Positions 1 to 12,005 of a stretch of 64,000 bases of DNA are shown here, one piece after another (positions within the stretch are counted from its first letter, which is position 1; each line of letters opens with the position of its first letter). Made by a program: the position numbers and the translations under genes. The stretch is from Paramoeba atlantica (lineage: Eukaryota > Protista > Discosea): the NCBI GenBank assembly GCA_977017575.1, contig CDRNVI010000037.1, positions 62,001 through 126,000 on the forward strand, given 5' to 3'. The notes under the pieces were generated by a model. That model was not told the DNA's origin. It ran no database searches and saw only the letters and a program-made list of their open reading frames with translations.

Positions 1-204
1 AACTGTCAGTTTCAGATTCAAGTCCAGGACTGTCACCCTTCACCAGGAGGTGGAGTGCTAGTGTTCGTTGATGGGGAGCTTAAAGCAGAGGGTGAGGAAC
101 ACAGTCTGCGATTTGCCGAGGTATTTCATCTCTCGACCGAGGCCAATCACAATTGGTACATCAGCAACCAAATCTTTCGTATTATCGGAGGAGGCTCTCA
201 GTAG
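1..204 (+). CDS. NTF2: Nuclear transport factor 2, 3' part (5' truncated by window edge)
   Basis: Frame 1 reads ..IQVQDCHPSPGGGVLVFVDGELKAEGEEHSLRFAEVFHLSTEANHNWYISNQIFRIIGGGSQ*, matching the NTF2 C-terminal half (DCxP..V.V.G.LK...F.EVF.L...Y..N.IFR). Not in the ORF track. Confidence 0.85.
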   Translation, partial: NCQFQIQVQDCHPSPGGGVLVFVDGELKAEGEEHSLRFAEVFHLSTEANHNWYISNQIFRIIGGGSQ

Positions 205-663
205 GCGGCTACGTGGACATTTTTATGGGGTTCTTTCCACGTTTTCGACGAAATGTACAGCGATGTACGGAATGTATACTTCATCGGATTACGTGGGCGT
301 GGCTGTATTGCGGTAGTATTTTTAGTTGAGCAATGGTTTTTATTAGTTTTCATTAGCAATATTTACACACCTCAAAAAATACATCATTAAGAAATATTAA
401 ATTTCTTGTTGGTTTATTATGCAATGCTTTCTATGATGCATTAGGATTTTTCTATTCTAGGAAGTATAGGGAAGATCTAACTTACGCCATTAGTATCGAA
501 GACCAGTAAGAAAGAAAAGAAGCTATCTCTCCATACTTGAAGCGTACTCTCTACTGCGCATTGTGCAAACATATTTTTTTATCTCATACACATTTCTTGT
601 GCGATTAATCTCTCTTTTTAACTGAATCGTTAAACGCCTCCGGGGATTATCCTGCACATCAAA

Positions 664-2010
664 ATGATGGGTTTGCTTCTACTTTCACTTCTTTGCTTCT
701 TTTATCCGGAGTGCACCCCAGGAGTAAGCTGTGACTTTGTATCATCCAAAACCTCCGCGTTAGGCAAGGACCTCTCTTCCGAATCACCGAAACGAAGAAA
801 GCAGAAGGCTTCTCCTCCCGTCAAACGTTCACTCTTCAATCGTATTGCAACACCAATGCAGGAGTACTGGAAGGACAGTGAAGGAAATAAAAACGAAGTA
901 ACTGAACGTACTCCAAACAGTGCCTCAAAGGAAAATGACACTGATCCCTTGATGACACCTTACTGGGAACAACCTGAGAAGCCGTCGCCCACAACCGTGC
1001 AATTTTCCATGAATGCCTCCATCGATACTTCAGACGTTTTTCCTCACGGGCAAATCAACGCCTCAGTCTCAATTAACGAGCAGAAGCCGGAGGAAATCGA
1101 GTTCAGTTTCTTACGTCGAGTAGGTCACGCGATTTCTGGCTTCTTCACATCATCGGAAGAGACAGAAGAGAACATTCTCGCTACCTCAGACTCAAAAATT
1201 GAGGAATCGCTCGCTCCGAATGATGAACTCAGTCAAGTCCATTTGGGACACAGTGAATGCGGCTGTGGTTGTGGGTCTGATGAAAAGAATGAAGCCAAGC
1301 CAAAGAAAGGGAAAATTCGCTCGTTCTTTTCCAACGTGTATACAAAGGTTGCCAACTTCTTTCGTTCCGAGAAAACGGAAGACTCGGAGGACGACGGGAA
1401 GAACTCACAGAAATCATGTGATGCGACCGCATGTAAAAGAAAGGGAAGATGCCCCTTTGGGTTTGACAAAGGCGTCTCTGCTGAAGCGAAACCACATGAG
1501 GAGCAAAATAAGAAACCGAACGAACAAGAAACTTCCCAAGAGCCATCGCTTACTGATGTCGCTGACGCCGCAGAGGAGATTGTAAAAAAAGGTAAGGACA
1601 ATCTCCCAAAGATGGATCCCATCGCTAATTTCACAGACAAGCTTCCCGAACTTCCGTTGGCAAATACACAAGCAGCCCAGTTGGACAAAAACACAAGTTT
1701 CGAATTCTCAAAAAAAGCGAATGCAGACGTAGCAAAACAAGATTCGACGCTGAGCTCGTCCTTAAGAGAAGACGAAAATTTGCTACCTAAGCAAGAGCGC
1801 CGCCGAACCCCAGCCTGGGTTGGTATCGCAGCTACCGTAGGAGTGCTTGCGTGCCTTGTGCTCTTCGTCTGCGTTGGATTTGCGATTCGGATGCGAACGA
1901 CAAGTCGTGCGAAGCCAGAATTTGCAATCTTCCCTTCATCTCTACATGTCCCGCTACGTCGGGATAGCTCGCTTCAGCTTGGAAGTTTGAGGGAGGAGTC
2001 GATGGTTTAA
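664..2010 (+). CDS. Hypothetical type I membrane protein (signal peptide, acidic low-complexity ectodomain, C-terminal TM helix)
   Basis: 448-aa ORF; hydrophobic N-terminus MGLLLLSLLCFFY; TM-like AWVGIAATVGVLACLVLFVCVGFAI near the C-terminus. No family recognised. Confidence 0.7.
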   Translation: MMGLLLLSLLCFFYPECTPGVSCDFVSSKTSALGKDLSSESPKRRKQKASPPVKRSLFNRIATPMQEYWKDSEGNKNEVTERTPNSASKENDTDPLMTPYWEQPEKPSPTTVQFSMNASIDTSDVFPHGQINASVSINEQKPEEIEFSFLRRVGHAISGFFTSSEETEENILATSDSKIEESLAPNDELSQVHLGHSECGCGCGSDEKNEAKPKKGKIRSFFSNVYTKVANFFRSEKTEDSEDDGKNSQKSCDATACKRKGRCPFGFDKGVSAEAKPHEEQNKKPNEQETSQEPSLTDVADAAEEIVKKGKDNLPKMDPIANFTDKLPELPLANTQAAQLDKNTSFEFSKKANADVAKQDSTLSSSLREDENLLPKQERRRTPAWVGIAATVGVLACLVLFVCVGFAIRMRTTSRAKPEFAIFPSSLHVPLRRDSSLQLGSLREESMV

Positions 2011-2475
2011 AAATGCGTCTGCTTTTCTGATTGCTTTCTTCGTATTCCGGGTTTAAATTTTAGAATGTGATGTTTTTTAGAGCACAGTTTATTTCATATT
2101 TGCTATTTCAGTTGGTATGAAGAAAGGCTTTGAATTAAGAAACACATTTTAATAAGACCTACTTTTATGTTTATGAGATTTTCGGCTTAATTCATTGAGT
2201 TTATCTTATGTTAAAATTGATCAATACGTACATAGTTCGATGCTACTAAAGTCCATTTTGTATTTTTGTTCTGCCAATCCTAACAAATACTGTATCTCGC
2301 ACCCTTCTATTAGATTGCACGAAAACATTTACGTAACACCATTTCACTCCTTCTTATCACCAAAGAAAACAAATATGGTATCTCACGTACACCAAACAGG
2401 TGACCACAAAACCAAAACTCCTTTGCAATTATCCCTACAACCCTTTTTCTTCCATTTCTCACCTCTCCCTCCCCC

Positions 2476-4245
2476 ATGCCCTCCCCCCACACCATCCCCG
2501 TACCCCCCAACGCCCCCCTCTCCGAGGGTCTCCGCGCCATCTCCCTCGTCGTCGCGGCCAGCCCCGAAGGCGGGATTGGAAAAAACAACAACCTCCCCTG
2601 GGACCTCCCCTCCGACCTCAAACACTTCCGTACCCTCACCTCCACCCTCTCCTCGAAATCCCTCGAGGGGATCAAACAAAACGCCGTCATCATGGGACGT
2701 AAGACCTGGGAGTCCATCCCGGAGAAATACCGACCCCTTCCCCATCGGGTTAATATTGTCATTAGCTCCACGCTGACCCCCACGACCCCCTCACCGAATA
2801 ACGAAGAGAATACAAAACAAAATGGAATAAAGTCCAACGAAAGGGAATTTAAGAATAGTGAAATGCAACAAAATCAAAAGGAACCGACAAGTTTAATGGA
2901 AAGCGAAGGCAAGCTGAAGAGCCCTACAGAAAATACACAAGACCAAAAGGCAGGAGTGAAAGGGGATGGGGGAGTAAAGGAGGATGGGGAAGTGAAAGAG
3001 GGCAAGGGATCGATAGATCAGAAGGATTCGAAAGCGCCCAATAAATCCCTCTACATTGTCCCTACTCTCCACGATGCCCTACGCCTCACCATCTCCCCGG
3101 ATCTCCGGGCCTCCATCGACCACGTCTTCATCATCGGCGGGGCCTCGCTCTACAACGAGGTGTTGGACCCGCGAGGGGCGTTCTTCCCCTATCTCTCCTG
3201 TGTGCATCTCACCCGTGTAGGGGACGAACTGCCCTGTGACATTACCGTCCCGCGGCTGTGTGAGCAGAGCTGGGAGGGGGAGGCCGGAGCTAACGGGTTC
3301 GTGCTGCAGCAACCCGTGCCGGAGGTCACCGAGCCCCACAACGGGATTGTGGTGAAATTCCAAAAATGGGTGAAATCGAATCCTCAGGAAAGTCAGTACT
3401 TAGCTCTGATTCGGGAGATTTTGGAAAAGGGGGTGGATAAGGGGGACCGGACGGGGACGGGGACCCGGAGTGTGTTTGGGGCTCAAATGCGGTTTGATTT
3501 GGGGAATGGGAGGCTGCCGCTGCTGACGACGAAGCGGGTGTTCTGGCGTGGGGTCGCGGAGGAACTGCTGTGGTTTATTCGAGGGGACACCGACGCGAGA
3601 CACCTCGCGGAGAAGAAGATTCATATTTGGGATGGGAACGGCTCCCGGGCGTATTTGGACTCCATTGGGTTAAGTTCCCGGGCGGAGATGGATTTAGGTC
3701 CGGTTTATGGGTTTCAGTGGCGACACTTTGGGGCAGAGTACGAGACCTGTGGGAGTGATTACGCCGGGAAAGGGGTGGACCAGTTAAAGGGGCTAGTGGA
3801 GAAAATCAAACAAAACCCCAATGACCGGCGATTGTTGATGTCGGCGTGGAATCCGGTCGCGATTCCCGAGATGGCACTTCCCCCATGTCATGTGTTGTGT
3901 CAGTTTTATGTCGCCAACGATGCGTTGAGTTGTCAGCTCTACCAACGGAGCTGTGACATGGGGCTCGGGGTGCCGTTTAATATTGCCTCCTACGCTTTGT
4001 TGACCATATTACTGGCGAAGGCTACGGGACTTCGCTGTGGGGAGCTCATCCATACTCTAGGCGATGCCCATGTGTATCGGAATCACATAGAGCCCCTGGA
4101 GGAACAGCTGCGTCGAACCCCTCGGTCGTTTCCCTATCTTCACTTCAAGAGACACCACGAGACGTTGGAGGACTACGCATTTGAGGATTTCGAGCTCGTA
4201 GATTACAACCCCTATGGGATGATCAAAATGGAAATGGCAGTGTAG
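2476..4245 (+). CDS. DHFR-TS: Bifunctional dihydrofolate reductase-thymidylate synthase
   Basis: DHFR motifs [37 protein letters not shown]; TS motifs [48 protein letters not shown]. Short kinetoplastid-type junction. Confidence 0.98.
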   Translation: MPSPHTIPVPPNAPLSEGLRAISLVVAASPEGGIGKNNNLPWDLPSDLKHFRTLTSTLSSKSLEGIKQNAVIMGRKTWESIPEKYRPLPHRVNIVISSTLTPTTPSPNNEENTKQNGIKSNEREFKNSEMQQNQKEPTSLMESEGKLKSPTENTQDQKAGVKGDGGVKEDGEVKEGKGSIDQKDSKAPNKSLYIVPTLHDALRLTISPDLRASIDHVFIIGGASLYNEVLDPRGAFFPYLSCVHLTRVGDELPCDITVPRLCEQSWEGEAGANGFVLQQPVPEVTEPHNGIVVKFQKWVKSNPQESQYLALIREILEKGVDKGDRTGTGTRSVFGAQMRFDLGNGRLPLLTTKRVFWRGVAEELLWFIRGDTDARHLAEKKIHIWDGNGSRAYLDSIGLSSRAEMDLGPVYGFQWRHFGAEYETCGSDYAGKGVDQLKGLVEKIKQNPNDRRLLMSAWNPVAIPEMALPPCHVLCQFYVANDALSCQLYQRSCDMGLGVPFNIASYALLTILLAKATGLRCGELIHTLGDAHVYRNHIEPLEEQLRRTPRSFPYLHFKRHHETLEDYAFEDFELVDYNPYGMIKMEMAV

Positions 4246-5331
4246 GGAATGAAAGGGGAGGATTAGGCGAAACGTGGGGATTTGTAAATTTTCTTCTTTG
4301 TACATCAATTGCATTGAATTAATAGAGATTTCCGTACATGCGTTTTATGTTTTGCCACCATGTATGTGGTGGGTTGTGTATATCTAGAATTTGTACAGTA
4401 TTCTATTTTGGATTGTCCCCGGTGACTGCGACGTACATGAGTTGCGCATTTCTTATTTTAGAGAGTTCTTCTTTTGAAAACATTAGCACAAATACTGCGC
4501 ACAATACTGTGTAAAGGAAGGTCTGTCCCTTTATAATATTTCGGAGCAGATTCTTATGCATGTATGTTCGTTTAAACTGGTTTACTTCTAAGAGGCTGTA
4601 TAAGCTGAATCATAGGCTGATTAATGTCCTCAGAAATACATTGTTTGATCAGAATGGTTTGATTTGAAACACATATTGGATGGACCTCACACAAAGTGAT
4701 GTCTTTTACTGATACCTCCCTTTGGTTAAAAGAAATATTTTGTTTAGAAAACTGGGGTATATGCAACTTCGCTTGATTGTTGAGAGCCATCACATTACAT
4801 AACGAAACCTCTTACCGAAATACAGAAATTTTTTGATATCTGACATAGTACTGTTCATACGTTTTTTACTTTTCAAAAGTTTTTTGTTATCCAAAATTTG
4901 TTTTTCCATTTCAGGATGCTTAGTGATGTAGTTTACGATCATAAGTTTGCTCCCCACTGAAACGCGATTGCAGACGAACTCCAAAGCGTAAACTTTTAGA
5001 AAGGGCTCATTCCTCCCTAAAATACCCTTGGGGATGTGATGTCAAGTTGGCTAATCCTTCTGGTTACTAATTACAAAGAAGCAAAGTCAATATCCTTCGC
5101 TACGTTCGATTTTCAGGCTCAAGAAGTGAATGAGCTGGAAATCGAAGGAATCGAGCTGGAATCGATCGTGTAAATTTACGCACCGCCATCGAACTGGACT
5201 TCTAAAAACTTTTCAAACGACACGCGTCATAGAAAATGCGAAGAAGAGTTTTCGAAAGCGATACAGTGTTGGAATCCAAGAAAATCGGTGGGGATTAAGT
5301 TTTGCAAAAAGTCGTAATGACTTTCTTATCA

Positions 5332-5540
5332 CTGTAACCCCTAGTTATCTGTCACACGTCACCCCCCCCTAGTTACTCCCCCTAGTATCTGTCACTTTTT
5401 GGCACTTCGATTTTTTTCGTCGACTACCCCTCCCCCTAGTTATCAGTCACTTTCTCACGAAAAGTAGTGACAGATCAGAAGAGAATCTAGGTGAAGAGAC
5501 AGTTCATCTTTTCACGAAAAGTAGTGACAGATACAGTCAG
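5332..5540. mobile_element. MITE of the CTAGTTATCTGTCAC-repeat family (degenerate copy)
   Basis: Repeated ctagttatctgtcac motifs and an internal sequence shared with 32028-32361 and about 61420-61560. Confidence 0.6.
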
Positions 5541-5817
5541 CAAAAAAACCGTTCGAATGTTTCGGTTTTTTTTCTTTTGTATAGAGCTATTGATTAAATA
5601 TCATCGTTGCGCTGGTAATGTGTGCTAGTAGTGTAGGCATGAGTGTCACCTAATAGTACCCGTAGATAGTTCACCTCAGTTCGTTCTACCAAAGAAATAA
5701 GAATGAATATAAAAAAGTTTAGCATTCGAAAGGTTTTTTTGCTACCTATTATAGAGAAAATCTTGTCCCGAAAAATAGATGAAACGTAATGGCCCAAGAG
5801 AGATTATGCCCGTAAAA

Positions 5818-6505
5818 TTAGTATTTAGTATTCCCCACACGAGCCTTCAGCACTGCCTTCATACGGGCAGGCATACTGTCCACCTGGGCACGGCATACTG
5901 AAGGTGGTATGTTCGCCCATTCCATTTTTACCCTCTCCCACAACTCTCGGACCCCGCTTGGTGGATCATCGTGCGCTGCAAGGCGCCGCTTGAGTTCCCC
6001 CCAAACGTTTTCGATTGGATTTAAGTCAGGGGACTGCGGGGGCCACCGCATGACTTCAAACCCGGTACCCCGGAGGTGCCGCTGCGCACAATGGTTTGTG
6101 TGCTTGGGGTCATTATCTTGTTGGAAGATGACCATTGGGGGGTCTAGACCCATAGTTTCGTTGGAGGGGGCAAGATTCTCTTCAAGAATCTCGACGTACT
6201 GTGTGGCGTTCAGGTTCCCTTGAACTAGACGCACATGCCCCACACCGCTTCGGGGCATGCACGCCCGAATTATGATGTGCCCCCCTCCGTACTTTACCGT
6301 GGGCATTACTCCTTTTTCACCCAGTTCCTCCCCCGGGGTCCCCCATGTCCAAAGACTTCCCCCCGTTTCAAAGCGCGAGATCTTTGTCTCGTCCGACCAT
6401 ACAACTGGAGCCCAGTCGTGCACTGTCCAGTGCTCATGGGCCGTGGCAAAGTCCATCCGAAGCTTGCGATGGCGCTTGGACAGGTAGTATGTAAGGGGGG
6501 ATAGT
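5818..6505 (-). mobile_element. Tc1/mariner (DD34E) transposase, 5'-truncated
   Basis: VVWSDETKI, KYGGGHI, FQQDNDPKHT, WPPQSPDLNPIENVW. Confidence 0.9.
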
Positions 6506-6775
6506 ATTTAGGAAACTTGCGGATCGCGTTTCAGAGCACTTTGATAAAAGGATAAGGCCCCCCTTGTGCTAATTTTGGCCATGCTGCATTCACGAGCCCT
6601 GTTCGAAAGCTCTGGAATGCACTATTTGTATCGAAAACAAATGTATTGTAAACAAATAAATTTTACGAATTTTAGACCCCTCACGTTAAAAAAGGTTTCC
6701 CCCCTGCATTTGTTCAGATTATGCTACTTATTTTTTGAGTTTCCTTATTACTTTAGTTCAGCTCTCACTTACAGA

Positions 6776-7379
6776 ATGTGTGACGTTCCGGCTTCAAGGC
6801 CGCGCCTGGCTAAGATTCGAGGCACAGCTCTTCCGCAAGAGTACGATCTAGAGAGACTCGTTGCCGGTATTCCCGATCCACATAGCTCCTGGACGGCAGA
6901 CACTCCGGTTTGTGAGTGGGATGGCGTAATATGCATGTCGCGCGGCACACCCACATCACTCCGTTGGTCATCGCATGCCTCGCGTATGAAAGGTGGAACT
7001 GTGTATTTGCAGTTTATGCCGGTTTCCATTCAAACGTTTTCTGTACCGAGCTGTGGGCTTTTCGGGGGAAGTTACATTCGGATTACTTCCTCGGCATCTT
7101 AATTATCTTTATCTCCAAGAAAATAAGTTTACTGGAGAATTACAAGTTAGCGACCTTCCGGACATGATTATTGAGCTCAATATTGTAAAAAACCAATTTC
7201 ATGGCAAGGTTGACCTCGTTTCAGATTTAAATGAAATTGTACCGAAAAGTTTGATCGCCATGCAAGTAGGCCAAAATGTGGATCTTTTTGGTACAATCAA
7301 TGTTGCTTTGCTTCGAAGATGGAAATCATCCTTTATGTACGATGTCAGTGGGACAAGCATTAGACGAGTAACGAAATGA
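6776..7379 (+). CDS. LRR family copy 1 (frameshift in G5 run at 7064-7068)
   Basis: RLAKIRGTALPQEYDLERL..W...PVCEWDGVIC cap, then LRRs that continue in a second frame (GEVTFGLLPRHLNYLYLQENKFTGEL). Confidence 0.8.
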
Positions 7380-7780
7380 CAATCCAGCTCTAAATTCACA
7401 GTGATTCATACACTGTAGTATTGTTATTTACATTGAGATGACAATATTTTTATGTACATTGAGGCGATCTTTATTTTTTGTTTATGATTCAACCATTCTT
7501 GTGGTAATACTGTCCCCTCTATTTAGCGTATTTTATTCCACTATTTAGTGTTGTTTTTTAGCTTTGTGAGCATTGGTGCCGGAAAGGCGTCGAATGTCCT
7601 TACCCCCTATCTAGTGTTGAATTTCGATTAATTTCTTTAAACATTAAATTATTTAAATAATATTTAAAATATGAGAGATAGTCATTTATACGCTGTCAGG
7701 TATTTTGTTTGTGTCCGAAATGAAAGCATATGTAAAAATTGTTTTTTTATTTCTGTCTTCTTCTGACAATTATTCGTCTA

Positions 7781-8062
7781 ATGAGTGCTCAGGAAGAACC
7801 CAAAAAACCTGTCATTAAAAATGTTGACATGACAGAAGAGATGCAAGGAGATGCGATTGCTACTGCTAATGAAGCATTGGATAAATTCAACATTGAAAAG
7901 GACATAGCAGCACACATTAAGAAAGAATTTGATCGAAAACACAACCCAACTTGGCATTGTGTAGTCGGACGCAATTTCGGTTCTTTTGTTACACATGAGA
8001 CGCAACATTTTATTTACTTTTACGTAGGGCAGATTGCAGTGCTGTTGTGGAGATCAGGTTGA
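7781..8062 (+). CDS. DYNLL1: Dynein light chain LC8
   Basis: [56 protein letters not shown]. Confidence 0.97.
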   Translation: MSAQEEPKKPVIKNVDMTEEMQGDAIATANEALDKFNIEKDIAAHIKKEFDRKHNPTWHCVVGRNFGSFVTHETQHFIYFYVGQIAVLLWRSG

Positions 8063-8528
8063 ACAGCATGTATTTTTATCATTTGATAGTGTAAATTGCA
8101 TGCTTGGATAAAAGGAATGCTCTTGTCGTTTTTCGATTTATTATCTAGGATATTGGCCTAAGAAATTTAGCACGCGATTTTTAGTCATACTTTCTTAGCG
8201 TTATTGCATTGTTCTCAAGCAGAATGGTTTATTTTCTTAATTATTTTTTTTCGTGTATTGTTCACATAATAAACTACTCGGTTGTTACGACTTTGGCAAC
8301 TCGTGTTTATTTGCACGCGAGTAAAAAGTATAACGCGATGATAGCGTCAACTATAAAGTAGCAGCATCCTCAATGCATTTCATGGATTAATTTTGAGAAT
8401 GTGTACTGTTCACTGTAGTAATTTGTGTATGATATTTTTGCACCAAAATATTTGCCTTTCTTATGAGGTAGTGCATGTGAAAAATATCTTTACTCTTGCG
8501 CAATTATTTGTAGCGAATACCACCCCTT

Positions 8529-8921
8529 ATGCTATTGTCCAGAATTTGTTTGCCACCGACACTCTCCAGGTCGCAAACTGTGCGAAATCATTCATCGAAG
8601 GCGTTGCCTTGTGTTCTGTATAGTTCATCCGTCCGTCAAATTCAAACACGCGATCCAAACTATGAAGATGATCGATGGCTGGAGGCTGAACTTGCAAACA
8701 AAGAAATGTCTGCAGAAGAACGCTATGCATTCTTAAAGCAACGTGAAGTTATTAAGCAAATGATGTCCAAAGTAGCAGATCATGCTAAAGAAAAGGCGAA
8801 TGCAGAAAATAACGTGTCCAAATCTGAAGTGGACTTGTCACGCAATGACTTAGAAAAGAAAATTACCGCACTAGAGGCCGAAGTGGCAAGGCTAAAGCTT
8901 GAAGAAAAGAAGCCACTATAA
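8529..8921 (+). CDS. IF1: Mitochondrial F1-ATPase inhibitor IF1 (kinetoplastid type)
   Basis: Basic, presequence-like N-terminus; DDRWLEAE...SAEERYA..KQRE motif recalled from trypanosomatid IF1; C-terminal coiled coil. Confidence 0.75.
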   Translation: MLLSRICLPPTLSRSQTVRNHSSKALPCVLYSSSVRQIQTRDPNYEDDRWLEAELANKEMSAEERYAFLKQREVIKQMMSKVADHAKEKANAENNVSKSEVDLSRNDLEKKITALEAEVARLKLEEKKPL

Positions 8922-9469
8922 GCGCAAATATTACTTTAAACCTTTACCGCGCTGAAAATTGTTGAAATCGTAATTCTTTAATCCAAATGTGTGGCTCAGC
9001 ATGGCATACATCATTCTACGGTAACTTTCTAGTGTCCAAAATAATAATTTTTGCCTTTCCCCTGTATATTTGTAATTTCCTTATTCGTTTCTTTTATAAT
9101 ATGCTTAGTGTTTATTCCTTATTGCGTATTATATCGTAAGCGCACATGTAGTATCGCGCACTAGATACATCATGAAATTACTGTCTATAAGTAAATCACC
9201 GTAACATTTCATGTTCGAAATATACAGTAGATATCCCCAGACGTTTTTATTGATCCGTAAATCATTTGTTTGTTTTTTAGACCTCACCCTTTAAAAAAAT
9301 ATTAGTATTATACTATTTCGTACTATAGGCGGTTACATTTTTGTTGGGTGTCAGGCGTCACTTTCTTACCATAATGCATTGGCGGCGTGATACGTTCTGT
9401 TTGAATACAAAAAATATTCAAAACCGTATTTTAGAGAGAGCTATTTATTTAATAAGGAAGGACTCTTCC

Positions 9470-10072
9470 ATGAATGGTATTTTCGCGGCTGAATTAGCAC
9501 CTGCTTGCGCAGCCAAAGTACGCGGCGCTGCAGTACCGCCGGAGTATAATTTAGTGAGACTCACGCAACGCATCGAAAATCCGAAAGAATCATGGCACAC
9601 GAATACACCTGGATGTGAGTGGGATTTCGTTTCCTGTAATGAACAAGGCGATGTGATCAACATTACGTGGATTTTCATTGGCTTACAAGGATCACTTTGT
9701 TGGGAGTATTTACCAAAACAACTTATGATTCTTAGCCTTACGGGAAATCACCTTAAAGGGGAAATACCGCTCTCGGATATGCCTTATGACCTCGAGTTCA
9801 TAAATATGGGAGAAAATGAGTTTGGCGGCAGCATCGAGTTACAGCATCTTCCGCCGACCTTGGAATATCTTTATTTGCATGACAATTTATTTGATTGTCA
9901 GATTAAGTTTACCTTATTGCCGAAAAGTCTCCTTGAACTCGTTTTGCACAAAAACGGTAAACTGCGAGGGGAGCTTGATGTTTCATTACTACCGGAGTCC
10001 TTAAAGTACAATATGCGCAATACAGGAATCACCGCTTTGAACGGCCCTACTCGCCGAGGATTTTCTTTGTAG
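9470..10072 (+). CDS. LRR family copy 2
   Basis: AAKVRGAAVPPEYNL..W.TNTPGCEWDFVSC cap plus LP..L..L.L..N.L.G repeats. Confidence 0.85.
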   Translation: MNGIFAAELAPACAAKVRGAAVPPEYNLVRLTQRIENPKESWHTNTPGCEWDFVSCNEQGDVINITWIFIGLQGSLCWEYLPKQLMILSLTGNHLKGEIPLSDMPYDLEFINMGENEFGGSIELQHLPPTLEYLYLHDNLFDCQIKFTLLPKSLLELVLHKNGKLRGELDVSLLPESLKYNMRNTGITALNGPTRRGFSL

Positions 10073-10904
10073 CCTGCCTCAATGTCAAATTCTTTTTATG
10101 TCAATAAAGGCGCAGACTTCAGATCATATATTTTTTATAGTGTACAGGGGGGACATTTGTCTGTGTAATACTAATCTGGAGAACATTAATCTGTGTGATA
10201 TTAATCTGTGTGATATTAATCTGTGTTAACTCGAAAATATTTGGTCCGGCAGAAATCTGTGCTAAAAAAACAAAAATGCGCCGCAGGCGAAATTTTCCTG
10301 TTTTAGTAAATGTTTTTTTTCTCTTTTCTTGATTTTTAATTGTAAAAATGGACAAATTTGTGAAAAAAGATCATAGCCCCGGCATAGAGGGGGGGCGTTT
10401 ATCCGTGTAAAATCTGTGAGATCATAGTACATATTTTTATACGCCACATAGTACCTATTTTTATGCACTGTATAGTTCTTTCTATACTATTCAGGTATCA
10501 TCCTCGATCAGAATAACTTAAGATGATGTTCCGATAGTTTACAACCGTCCATCCATAGTATTTCTCTCCTGCAAATAACAAACCGTTAGTCGTACAATCT
10601 GTTTTTCGGAGCAAAGAACTTCACAAAACAACAGATCACTTTCGTCCGTCTTCCTCAAACCTCTCCAATTGCCAAAACTGAACATCGATATTTACATGCA
10701 ACGGAACATCGCAGAACTCTCGGGATGTAAACATGGAACATCACAAACCACCCCTTTGTAAATATTTTTGCAGCAAATCCTTTCACATTCCTAGACTACT
10801 CCAACTCTGAGCTTATCCGATCATGTCATCATCTCCTTTCACTTTTATTATTCCTACAGTAAGTCCGTGTTGCATCCCTTTCAAAAATCCTTTTGACACA
10901 TTCT

Positions 10905-12005
10905 CTCGTAACAACGCGAGGTCGTCAGTCCCGGGTAATAGGGTGGGTGGATCCAATGCAAGTACCGACTGTCATCAACACGATGTCAGTCACTCTCAGA
11001 CGTCAAGCCATCTCCGTATGGTGAATGCGGAATAAACGGATGAGTCTCCCGTGCCACACAAGGTGGTACATGTTCTCGCAACAATGCGAGGTCGTCAGTC
11101 CCGGGTAATAGGGTGGGTGGATCCAATGCAAGTACCGACTGTCATCAACACGATGTCAGTCACTCTCAGACGTCATGCCGTCTCCGTATGGTGAATGCGG
11201 AATAAACGGATGAGTCTCCCGTGCCACACAAGGTGGTGCGTGTTCTCGCAACAACGCGAGGTCGTCAGTCCCGGGTAATAGGGTGGGTGGATCCAATGCA
11301 AGTACCGACTGTCATCAACACGATGTCAGTCACTCTCAGACGTCAAGTCGTCTCCGTATGCTAAATGCGGAATAAACGGATGAGTCTCCCGTGCCACACA
11401 AGGTGGTGCATGTTCTCGCAACAACGCGAGGTCGTCAGTTCCGAGTAATAGGGTGGGTGGATCCAATGCAAGTACCGACTGTCATCAACACGATGTCAGT
11501 CACTCTCAGACGTCATGCCGTCTCCGTATGGTGAATGCGGAATAAACGGATGAGTCTCCCGTGCCACACAAGGTGGTGCGTGTTCTCGCAACAACGCGAG
11601 GTCGTCAGTCCCGGGTAATAGGGTGGGTGGATCCAATGCAAGTACCGACTGTCATCAACACGATGTCAGTCACTCTCAGACGTCAAGTCGTCTCCGTATG
11701 CTAAATGCGGAATAAACGGATGAGTCTCCCGTGCCACACAAGGTGGTGCATGTTCTCGCAACAACGCGAGGTCGTCAGTTCCGAGTAATAGGGTGGGTGG
11801 ATCCAATGCAAGTACCGACTGTCATCAACACGATGTCAGTCACTCTCAGACGTCATGCCGTCTCCGTATGGTGAATGCGGAATAAACGTATGAGTCTCCC
11901 GTGCCACGCAAGGTGGTGCGTGTTCTCGCAACAACGCAAGGTCGTCAGTCCCGGGTAATAGGGTGGGTGGATCCAATGCAAGTACCGACTGTCATCAACA
12001 CGATG
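10905..12005 (+). repeat. 170-bp tandem array, about 6.5 copies, with a 340-bp higher-order dimer
   Basis: gtcgtcagt recurs at 10921, 11091, 11261, 11431, 11601, 11771 and 11941 (170-bp spacing). Variants alternate A/B. Confidence 0.97.

Noticed and set aside
10905-12005. CRISPR array or SL RNA/5S/U-snRNA gene array
   Set aside because: Units are near-identical over the full 170 bp with no unique spacers, no cas genes are present, and I see no SL exon, 5S, U2 or U6 conserved sequence.
10905-12005. Hammerhead ribozyme on the minus strand (CTGACGA followed by a hairpin)
   Set aside because: The next core segment reads GAAC rather than GAAA, stem III has A-C mismatches on that strand, and no cleavage triplet or stem I closes.
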